From assembly GCF_004376175.1 (NCBI RefSeq), contig NZ_SNUY01000004.1, positions 41,799 to 65,253 on the forward strand: a stretch of 23,455 bases of DNA, written 5' to 3'. A model generated the notes under the pieces. The model was not told where the DNA came from, ran no database searches, and saw only the letters and a program-made list of their open reading frames with translations. Positions 8,130-15,253 of this stretch are shown here, piece by piece. Origin of the DNA: Halalkalibacterium halodurans. GTDB taxonomy: Bacteria > Bacillota > Bacilli > Bacillales > Bacillaceae_D. The position numbers and the translations under genes are program-made. How positions within the stretch are numbered: position 1 is the stretch's first letter; the number at the start of each line of letters is the position of its first letter.

Positions 8130-9037
8130 GGCTTCTTTTCCTTTTTTAGCATTCCTTCATATGTGACGTCTGCATTGTTAATCTCCACGAGGCTTGCACT
8201 AAGCTCGATGAAAAATTGTAGTGGCTCCCCGTTTTCCGTAGTCGTCACGGGAGGAATATGTTCAAAGACACGACGAACAAAATATCCCGCCTCTGTTTGA
8301 CCCCCGTTTGGTAAAATGACCGCGATCTCATCCTCTGCATCCATTCGAAAAGCAAGATCAGAATCCCGCACTTGACTTTTAATATAGTCAGTCACTGTAG
8401 CCACAATTTGATCTGCAATCGTTAACCCATATTTCGTTTTTAATTCGTAATAATTGTATAAAGATAAGAAGATCACCGTGAAAGATGTTTTAAACCTGAC
8501 CAGATTCGCAACCTGCAAATGAAACATTTTCTCTAAAAATCGTTCCGTGTATAATTTGGTCACTAAATCAATTTGCCGATCGTTTTTTATTCGAGTACAA
8601 TGATCAAGCTTTGCTTTCATCTTTAAATAGAAAGTTTCTAGGTTAAATGGGCTGGATATGAATTCGTGTCCGTTCGCAAAAATTTGGCCCATTTCTTCAT
8701 GGCTGCATTCACCTATGTAAAAGAAAGGGACGTGAAGATAATGGTGACTCCCACTTGTTTTTTCGTATAATTGATACATTTGTTTAGATTTCGCTGTATT
8801 AATAAACACAACACTATCAATAGAAAGGGATCCGAGAATTGCGACCGCATCATCCGATTGATTCGTAGATACGAGCTCAAAATCACCTTGATCCACTAGT
8901 TGGTTCTCAAGCAATTTGTAGGTAGGTTCATGGTCATAATAAATGAACACGACCTGTTTCTCTTTCTTTGCCTGCTGCTCGGCTACACCTTTCGTTTGCA
9001 GGGGGTTCTGTACGCCCTGTTGATTCGTTTCTCCCAC
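8051..9037 (-). CDS. Pseudo-receiver plus degenerate GGDEF domain protein; catalytically dead with the I-site retained, so a putative c-di-GMP receptor. The 3' end is probably frameshifted.
   Basis: GTG start. The N-terminal REC-like fold lacks the acceptor Asp (VVFINTA) and the conserved Lys (EFISSPF). The GGDEF-like domain has DLVTKLYTERFL, metal/substrate Asp residues lost (FLSLYNYYELKTKYG), and RDSDLAFRMDAEDEIAVIL, i.e. RxxD intact five residues before DAEDE in place of GG(D/E)EF. The last 29 aa (EKKPCRRLFLKGLQRS...) look like out-of-frame sequence. Confidence 0.7.
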   Translation of the reverse strand: MGETNQQGVQNPLQTKGVAEQQAKKEKQVVFIYYDHEPTYKLLENQLVDQGDFELVSTNQSDDAVAILGSLSIDSVVFINTAKSKQMYQLYEKTSGSHHYLHVPFFYIGECSHEEMGQIFANGHEFISSPFNLETFYLKMKAKLDHCTRIKNDRQIDLVTKLYTERFLEKMFHLQVANLVRFKTSFTVIFLSLYNYYELKTKYGLTIADQIVATVTDYIKSQVRDSDLAFRMDAEDEIAVILPNGGQTEAGYFVRRVFEHIPPVTTTENGEPLQFFIELSASLVEINNADVTYEGMLKKEKKPCRRLFLKGLQRSKQSMTSKNQTLRK

Positions 9038-9109
9038 TCTACGACACCCGCCTTTTGTAAATGCCTTTTATCCTTCTGTACTTTCCACCGTCAATCATCC
9101 CCCGTAAGA

Positions 9110-10063
9110 TTACATGCCTTGGACCACCACCTGATTTTTTCCTGTTTTTTTTCCTTTATATAAAGCGTCATCTGCCGCCTTAATCAACTCTTCGATCCGA
9201 ACCGAAGGGCGATATTCAGAAATTCCAAATGTCGCAGTAATCGAAATGGTCATCCCCTTATAAATGACGGGAGATTCATTGATTTTTTGTCTGATTTTTT
9301 CACAAGCTTTTTTCCCTTCTTCCAGTTTTGTTTCTGGAAAAAGTAAAAGAAACTCATCTCCTCCCCACCTTGAAACATAATCACTTGAACGAACACTGTT
9401 CTTAAGGGTGGATACGAAATGTTTCAACACATGATCACCGCAATCATGACCGTACGTATCATTGATGTTTTTAAAGAAATCAATATCAACGATCGCTAAA
9501 GTAAAAGATCTCCCGTGCCGTATGCTCCGATTGATTTCTGCACGTATTTTCTCCTGCATGTCTCGACGATTTATTAAGTTTGTAAGAAAATCTACCCTAG
9601 ACAGCCGATCGACCTTCTGAATTTTTCCTTTCAGTTTTTCATTTTGCTCTTCCAACATTTTTACATGTTGTTCAAGGTACTTGCGTGAACTTTCTTGCTT
9701 CAATAAAGATTTCATTCGAAGCACAAGCTCTCTCGCCTCAAAAGGCTTGATTATATAGTCTTGCCCTCCTACCTCAAAACCTTTAATAACGGCCTCTTTC
9801 TCTTTTAAACTTGAAACAAAAATGACAGGAATTTTCGCCGATTCTACCTGAGCTTTTAGACGCCTACACGTTTCAAATCCGTCCATATCTGGGAGCGCCA
9901 CTTCGAGCAAAATCAGGTCTGGGACGTTTTCCTTTGCCATTCGAACCGCTTCTTCCCCCGTTCGGGCAACCGTCACAAGAAAATGAGTGTTCAGTAGATT
10001 TTCTAGCTTACGAATATTTGATTGTGAATCATCAACAATTTGGATTTTTTTCATCCTATTCAC
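9110..10063 (-). CDS. Response regulator-diguanylate cyclase (REC-coiled coil-GGDEF, PleD/WspR-like) with an atypical receiver
   Basis: 317 aa. GGDEF domain motifs: DFLTNLINRR, DIDFFKNINDTYGHDCGDHVL and RSSDYVSRWGGDEFLLLF (intact I-site and active site). The REC has VDDS, PDLILLEVALPDMDG (Glu54 where the acceptor Asp is expected), VIFVSS and DYIIKPF. Confidence 0.9.
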   Translation of the reverse strand: MNRMKKIQIVDDSQSNIRKLENLLNTHFLVTVARTGEEAVRMAKENVPDLILLEVALPDMDGFETCRRLKAQVESAKIPVIFVSSLKEKEAVIKGFEVGGQDYIIKPFEARELVLRMKSLLKQESSRKYLEQHVKMLEEQNEKLKGKIQKVDRLSRVDFLTNLINRRDMQEKIRAEINRSIRHGRSFTLAIVDIDFFKNINDTYGHDCGDHVLKHFVSTLKNSVRSSDYVSRWGGDEFLLLFPETKLEEGKKACEKIRQKINESPVIYKGMTISITATFGISEYRPSVRIEELIKAADDALYKGKKTGKNQVVVQGM

Positions 10064-10235
10064 ATCTCCCTATCAACGTTACCGTCTTATCAATGCCTAT
10101 GGTAGATGATGATTCATTATGATGGAGAGAACATGAATCTTTTTACTTTTTAGACATGGTTAATTGTATACACAAGCGACAATAAAAATAGCCTTGCTCA
10201 TTCATATATCCCTTCCGTCCCTTTGAATGATCAAC

Positions 10236-10272
10236 ATTATATCAAGGTCTTCTGCACAAAAACTATACATCC
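10236..10272 (-). promoter_or_regulatory. Candidate extended -10 promoter for the c-di-GMP/EPS operon
   Basis: The minus strand reads TGATATAAT (TGnTATAAT; plus coordinates 10236-10244) with only a weak -35. This would give a leader of about 170 nt before the cyclase ATG. Confidence 0.35.
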
Positions 10273-10435
10273 ACCTAATATTAGGGATAAAATTAAGTAA
10301 AAGGACTGGCTGTCGATCTAGGAATGAAGTTCACATCCCTTCAATCGTAGACTGTAACTAACAATTTGAGGTTCGTTTTTAAGACTAAGTATTTAGTGAT
10401 TTATACACTAGAAAAGGTCTTCCCTTTTTCGTACA

Positions 10436-10470
10436 TAGAAAAGGCATGAGCCATCAGAGACTCATGCCTT
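10436..10470 (-). terminator. Rho-independent terminator of the nitroreductase gene
   Basis: Perfect 10-bp stem AAGGCATGAG / CTCATGCCTT (10441-10470), followed on the minus strand by TTTTCTAT, 30 nt past the stop codon. Confidence 0.75.
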
Positions 10471-10499
10471 AAAACGTTTCGTTATTTTCTTTTTCTTCA

Positions 10500-11141
10500 T
10501 TAAAATGAATTTTTAACGACAACTTCTTCTAATGAAAACCGTGATGACGGATGGGCCGGTTTTGCTGCTTTCCCAACCGTAATGAGCATGACAGGTACAT
10601 ACCGTTCAGGAACGTTAAACGCTTTGACAAATTCTGCTCCATTAAAGCCCCCCATCGGACACGTGTCATACCCTAGCCCCCTAGCTGCAAGCATTAAATT
10701 CATCGCAGCCAACGAAGCGTTCAAAAACGCAGCATCCCGTGCAAAAGTCCCTCCCCGACCGTAGGCACCGTTAATTTGACCAACAAGAGTATTTTTCACT
10801 TCTTCTGTCATAAATCCATTGTCAACAGCTGTTTGATAAACAGCCTCAGCATTTTTATTCGCCTCTAAGTCACCAAGTACCGCAACGGTGAACGAGCTGT
10901 CTACCACCTGAGATTGATTGTATGCAATCGGTAATAATTGTTCTTTTTTCTTTTCATCCTCAATCACGAGAAACTTCCAATGTTGTAAATTCCACGATGA
11001 TGGTGCCAACGCGGCAGCTGTTAATATTTGTTCCTTTTCTTTTTCCGAAATCTTAAATCCTTTTTCATACTGCTTAACAGAATGGCGTTCTTCAATCGTT
11101 TGAAAAAGTTTAGCGTCATGATTCGTTGTTAATTGTGGCAT
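10500..11141 (-). CDS. NAD(P)H nitroreductase family protein
   Basis: 213 aa with the nitroreductase fold signature: N-terminal RHSVKQYE, PSSWNLQHWKF, and a C-terminal GYDTCPMGGF-type segment. Confidence 0.8.
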   Translation of the reverse strand: MPQLTTNHDAKLFQTIEERHSVKQYEKGFKISEKEKEQILTAAALAPSSWNLQHWKFLVIEDEKKKEQLLPIAYNQSQVVDSSFTVAVLGDLEANKNAEAVYQTAVDNGFMTEEVKNTLVGQINGAYGRGGTFARDAAFLNASLAAMNLMLAARGLGYDTCPMGGFNGAEFVKAFNVPERYVPVMLITVGKAAKPAHPSSRFSLEEVVVKNSF

Positions 11142-11399
11142 GAAGCATACTCTCCTTTCTTTCGTTCTTTCATATCGTAACGAATCGACTTACAAAAGTA
11201 AAGTGATTGAACGATTGAATATTAGCTCACTAAAAAACTGCCTTTTCCCTGTTTCACTTGCATAAATTGTCACATAATAAGGCTGAAACTGGGATCACAA
11301 CGAAAAAGCGTTGCTCAAAACAAAATAAATAGAAAATTACCAAAATTTTTAATAATGGGCAAATAAAGCGCTTTATTTGTGAAAGTATGAGCAAAACAC

Positions 11400-11428
11400 T
11401 TGTCACCATTCTCTTTTCCCTCTATAAT
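11400..11428 (+). promoter_or_regulatory. Sigma-A-type promoter for gapN
   Basis: TTGTCA (11400-11405), a 17-nt spacer, then TATAAT (11423-11428), about 50 nt upstream of the ATG. Confidence 0.6.
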
Positions 11429-11479
11429 CGAGGAAACTCTTAAAAATATATAAAAAAGAGTGGAGAGGTGGTTTACAGT

Positions 11480-12925
11480 ATGGCTTTACAAACAGAACAA
11501 TTCAACGCAAACATTCTAAGGAATGGTGAGTGGGTGGAAAGTCGAACTGGCGAACGCATTTCGATTTCTGCTCCAGCATCTGGCGTAGCTCTTGGATCTA
11601 TCCCAGCCTTATCCCAAGAGGAAGTAAATGATGCGATTCAAGGAGCAAAAGATGCACAGAAAATTTGGAAGATTCGCCCGATTCATGAACGTGTAGACTT
11701 GCTTTACGCTTGGGCTGACCTTTTAGAGGAACGAAAAGAGATCATTGGCGAACTCATCATGCATGAAGTCGCCAAACCAAAAAAATCAGCAATTGGTGAG
11801 GTTAGTCGAACAGCCGACATTATCCGCCACACAGCTGATGAAGCCCTCCGTTTAAATGGAGAAACCCTCAAAGGGGACCAGTTCAAAGGGGGAAGTTCGA
11901 AGAAAATTGCTCTGGTGGAGCGCGAACCTCTTGGTGTCGTTTTAGCGATTTCACCATTTAACTACCCAGTTAACCTTGCGGCAGCAAAAATTGCCCCAGC
12001 CCTCGTGGCAGGAAATACTGTCGTCTTTAAACCGGCAACTCAAGGGTCATTAAGCGGTATTAAAATGGTTGAAGCACTTGCAGATGCAGGAGCACCAGAA
12101 GGAATCATTCAAGTTGTAACCGGCCGTGGTTCTGTTATCGGTGACCACTTGGTTGAACACCCAGGTATTGATATGATTACATTTACAGGTGGAACAACTA
12201 CTGGAGAGCGTATTTCCGAAAAAGCGAAAATGATTCCTGTCGTTTTAGAGCTTGGCGGAAAAGATCCAGCGATCGTTCTCGACGATGCCGACTTAAAGCT
12301 TACAGCTAGCCAAATTGTGAGCGGAGCTTTTTCCTACTCTGGTCAACGTTGCACAGCGATTAAACGTGTGTTCGTTCAAGACAGTGTAGCAGATCAGCTC
12401 GTAGCTAACATTAAGGAGCTAGTCGAGCAACTAACGGTCGGAAGCCCTGAGGACGATGCGGACATTACTCCCGTTATTGATGAAAAAAGCGCAGAGTTCA
12501 TTCAAGGGTTAATCGATGATGCCCTCGAAAATGGAGCAACCTTACTATCTGGCAACAAGCGTCAAGGCAACCTCTTGTCACCGACACTGTTAGATGATGT
12601 CACACCTGCAATGCGTGTAGCTTGGGAAGAGCCATTCGGCCCTGTCCTTCCAATCATTAGAGTGAAAGACGCAAATGAAGCCATTAGCTTGAGCAATCAA
12701 TCCGACTATGGGCTTCAAGCGAGCATCTTTACGAAAGACACCGATCGCGCGATCAACATCGGGAAACATTTAGAAGTCGGGACGGTCCATATTAACGCAA
12801 AAACGGAGCGTGGGCCTGATCACTTCCCATTCTTAGGTGTAAAAAAATCTGGTCTAGGTGTACAAGGCATTAAGCCAAGCCTTTTATCCATGACTCGCGA
12901 GCGCGTGACCGTACTTAACCTGTAA
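11480..12925 (+). CDS. gapN: Non-phosphorylating NADP-dependent glyceraldehyde-3-phosphate dehydrogenase (aldehyde dehydrogenase superfamily)
   Basis: ALDH motifs ELGGKDP and FSYSGQRCTAIKR (catalytic Cys), with a GapN-like N-terminus. I prefer the ATG at 11480 (MALQTEQ...) because GGAGAGG lies 10-11 nt upstream; the ORF track's GTG at 11468 sits inside that SD. Confidence 0.85.
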   Translation: MALQTEQFNANILRNGEWVESRTGERISISAPASGVALGSIPALSQEEVNDAIQGAKDAQKIWKIRPIHERVDLLYAWADLLEERKEIIGELIMHEVAKPKKSAIGEVSRTADIIRHTADEALRLNGETLKGDQFKGGSSKKIALVEREPLGVVLAISPFNYPVNLAAAKIAPALVAGNTVVFKPATQGSLSGIKMVEALADAGAPEGIIQVVTGRGSVIGDHLVEHPGIDMITFTGGTTTGERISEKAKMIPVVLELGGKDPAIVLDDADLKLTASQIVSGAFSYSGQRCTAIKRVFVQDSVADQLVANIKELVEQLTVGSPEDDADITPVIDEKSAEFIQGLIDDALENGATLLSGNKRQGNLLSPTLLDDVTPAMRVAWEEPFGPVLPIIRVKDANEAISLSNQSDYGLQASIFTKDTDRAINIGKHLEVGTVHINAKTERGPDHFPFLGVKKSGLGVQGIKPSLLSMTRERVTVLNL

Positions 12926-12970
12926 TCTTATGGCTTGTCGAGTGGAAAAGACTTTTCGCTAGTAACTGTA

Positions 12971-13007
12971 AAGAGCCAGCGACATCTTAGAATCGCTGGC
13001 TCTTTTT
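12971..13007. terminator. Bidirectional terminator between convergent gapN and the phosphatase gene
   Basis: 12-bp stem AAGAGCCAGCGA (12971-12982) / TCGCTGGCTCTT (12993-13004), followed by TTT on the plus strand. Confidence 0.8.
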
Positions 13008-13017
13008 ACACATTGGT

Positions 13018-13500
13018 TTATCCTTGATCCGTTAGCCCTTCTTTTTCACAGATATAAGCAAGCAACCGCTCACATCCTTCGGAAATAAGATCGTACACTT
13101 CATCAAAATTCCCTGTAAAGTAAGGGTCTGGTACATCCACTATCGTTGCAGCAGGTACATAATCTAGAAGCCGAGAAATCTCTGCTTTTCCAGTTGCTCC
13201 AGCTATCGCGCGAAGGTTTCCGACATTCTCCGTATCCATTCCGATCATATAATCAAAGCGATGAACATCCTCTTTTACTACCTGTCTCGCCTTTAATCCC
13301 CCGGAAGGAATGTCGTTTTCCTGTAAAATGGTCAGTGTTTCTTTATGAGGCGGTTTGCCCACATGCCAGTTGCCCGTTCCAGCTGAATCGATTTGAAATG
13401 AAGCGGATAGCCCCGCTTCGTTCACTTTATGACGAAAGATCGCTTCAGCCATTGGTGAGCGGCAAATGTTTCCTAAACATACAAACAATACTCGTATCAC
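13018..13500 (-). CDS. yfkJ: Low-molecular-weight protein-tyrosine phosphatase
   Basis: 160 aa, GTG start. P-loop VCLGNICRSPMAEA (CX5R-S) and a DPY(F/Y) loop (VPDPYFTGNF). Resembles B. subtilis YfkJ along its length as far as I can recall. Confidence 0.85.
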   Translation of the reverse strand: MIRVLFVCLGNICRSPMAEAIFRHKVNEAGLSASFQIDSAGTGNWHVGKPPHKETLTILQENDIPSGGLKARQVVKEDVHRFDYMIGMDTENVGNLRAIAGATGKAEISRLLDYVPAATIVDVPDPYFTGNFDEVYDLISEGCERLLAYICEKEGLTDQG

Positions 13501-13579
13501 ATTTCTCGACTCCTTTAATTCTCCTCTTGTATACAGAAAGCAATATGAGCTTGGCCATCATTCTATGGAGCCCGATGAT

Positions 13580-14212
13580 TTAGTCAAAAAATTCAATCTC
13601 AAGATCCAGCTCTTCCACTTCGGATGGATCAATGTCGAGGATCGCATAAACTTGAGATTTTAACCTGTCAGAGTTCGTTCCTTCCGAAAGATCAAGCTGG
13701 GAAAGAAAATCTTCCATCCACTCAACCGCTTGTTTACCCGACATTTTTTCCTTATGCGCTCCATCCCACTCGACTTTTGCCTTCCCTTTCTCGTTTTTCT
13801 TCTGTTCATACTCCATTTCTAGCTCGTCTCCGTCCTGCCATTCCAACTCTAGCTTAAACTTTTTCACATTAAGAGCAAAGGCTTGATTGTTTTCATCAGC
13901 AGGTCGTTGTTCGGTCTCCTCTACGTTTTCTGACCCAGATGCTTCTGAAGGAGTGGACGTATCCTCCTCTATTGGTTCACTATGTTCAGTCGCTTCTTCT
14001 CCCCGGCTCTCTTCTTCAAGCAGATCATCAACGACAAGTGCTTCTTCATCTGAAAATACGGGTTGGGACGAGTCTTCCTCTTCCCCATCTATCTCGATCG
14101 TCTCATGATCTTCTGGTACCTCCAGCTCATGATCTTCCGTTGCCGATGATCCACAAGCAGCAAGGAGAAGGAGAGTCAATATACATATGCTAAATAAATA
14201 ATGCCGCTTCAT
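13580..14212 (-). CDS. Acidic lipoprotein with a YusW-like C-terminal domain
   Basis: Signal peptide plus lipobox MKRHYLFSICILTLLLLAAC|GSS. A long Glu/Asp/Ser-rich low-complexity linker follows. The C-terminal FKLELEWQDGDELEMEYEQ...LDLEIEFFD resembles YusW-type repeats. Confidence 0.6.
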   Translation of the reverse strand: MKRHYLFSICILTLLLLAACGSSATEDHELEVPEDHETIEIDGEEEDSSQPVFSDEEALVVDDLLEEESRGEEATEHSEPIEEDTSTPSEASGSENVEETEQRPADENNQAFALNVKKFKLELEWQDGDELEMEYEQKKNEKGKAKVEWDGAHKEKMSGKQAVEWMEDFLSQLDLSEGTNSDRLKSQVYAILDIDPSEVEELDLEIEFFD

Positions 14213-14233
14213 AAATTACCTCCTTCCCTCACT

Positions 14234-14261
14234 ACTATACTAGATTCGGGCTAAAAGGCAA
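14234..14261 (-). promoter_or_regulatory. Candidate sigma-A promoter for the lipoprotein gene
   Basis: The minus strand reads TTGCCT (14256-14261), a 16-nt spacer, then TATAGT (14234-14239), about 20 nt upstream of the SD GGAAGGAGG. Confidence 0.35.
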
Positions 14262-14470
14262 TAAGTCGACACTCCCCTTTCTCAAAAAATAGACGACGAA
14301 AAAGAAAATAGGATAAGCTCTTATTAGACCATTTATCATCAGAAAGAAAGCTGTCTATGTACCAGATTGACATGCAGAGCTTATTCATTTTTTTCATCAC
14401 CATTTATATAGATACGAAAAAATAACACAGCGATTGAACGTCCCTGTAATACGAGTAAACTCTTTTCTAC

Positions 14471-15085
14471 CTAACCTCCCAACTCCTGAGGTGGCTTCAC
14501 ACATTTAATGAAGAAAATAGCATCATAAGCCTTAATAGGTTTTAAAACGAGAGGAGCCATTCCTAGTAATCTCGTTTCTAATAGCCACCATGCTTGCTTG
14601 TTCCAAGCATTTCTTTTTGCCCCAATATTCGTAGGTAAAAAGAACGTATGTCCATTCAATTCCTTTAGTAGAAGTTCAAGATGGTACTGATTTATCATTG
14701 TGATTTCGTGAAGGTCCTTATAAGGGGTTAAGCATGTGCCACTTCCAGCATAAAACCCAACAGAAAACACTCGGTCAGCGTATTTTTTCGCGAGCAAGTG
14801 ATCTACCGTTTTTATTCTTAATAGTTCCAATAAAAGGGAGCGATTTTTGCGAATATGATAGTTGTGGGCCCAAACAATGAGTTTCTCTCCCTTATAATAA
14901 TTGCGCAACCATTCGATGTTTTCAAACATGAACTGATCTCGAAGGCTTCCTGACCACAAGCGTCCTTTTAAATTTACTAATAGCCATTGCTTTCGATTAA
15001 CCATCCCTCTATGAATCAAAGGTATAATTTCCTCACTGATTTGTTCTTTCCATTCCGAGCGTTTCTCCGTAAATGTTCTGAACAT
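14471..15085 (-). CDS. Erythromycin-esterase-family protein covering the C-terminal half only; possible gene remnant or short form
   Basis: 204 aa containing RDQFMFENIEWLRNYYKGEKLIVWAHNYHI, the Ere-family RDxxMaeN...WAHNxH block. Family members are normally about 400 aa. Only 168 nt separate this ORF from queF, so no N-terminal half is present. It does have its own SD-like AAAGGGGA and ATG. Confidence 0.5.
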   Translation of the reverse strand: MFRTFTEKRSEWKEQISEEIIPLIHRGMVNRKQWLLVNLKGRLWSGSLRDQFMFENIEWLRNYYKGEKLIVWAHNYHIRKNRSLLLELLRIKTVDHLLAKKYADRVFSVGFYAGSGTCLTPYKDLHEITMINQYHLELLLKELNGHTFFLPTNIGAKRNAWNKQAWWLLETRLLGMAPLVLKPIKAYDAIFFIKCVKPPQELGG

Positions 15086-15187
15086 TTAATCCCCTTTCTG
15101 TGCATACAATATCGAGTAAAATGCCATTATTTTAAGTCAATCCACCCGAGAGCTTCCTACCTTCTAGTTAGGCAGACTGCGGCTTCA

Positions 15188-15228
15188 AACAAAAAATGCT
15201 CTCAAACCTTTCTCTTGGCTGAGAGCAC
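15188..15228 (-). terminator. Rho-independent terminator of the que operon
   Basis: Stem TGCTCTCA (15197-15204) / TGAGAGCA (15220-15227). On the minus strand it is followed by TTTTTTGTTTG. Confidence 0.7.
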
Positions 15229-15253
15229 TTCTTGTTGGATAAATTTAAAAGCG

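Noticed and set aside
10064-10235. Looked for a c-di-GMP riboswitch (GEMM-I/II) or other known leader in the 5' UTR of about 170 nt ahead of the cyclase gene
   Set aside because: I could not find the conserved GEMM features (GCAAA-type tetraloop/receptor context, ACGCACAGGGC-like core). There is only a generic 7-bp hairpin GATTCAT/ATGAATC. A covariance-model scan would be the proper test.
13146-14193. Plus-strand ORFs antisense to the phosphatase and lipoprotein genes (13146-13583, 13466-13663, 13624-13857, 13887-14108, 13939-14193), including a Ser-rich one
   Set aside because: These are mirror images of real minus-strand genes. The Ser-rich composition is simply the reverse complement of the GAA/GAT-rich acidic linker.
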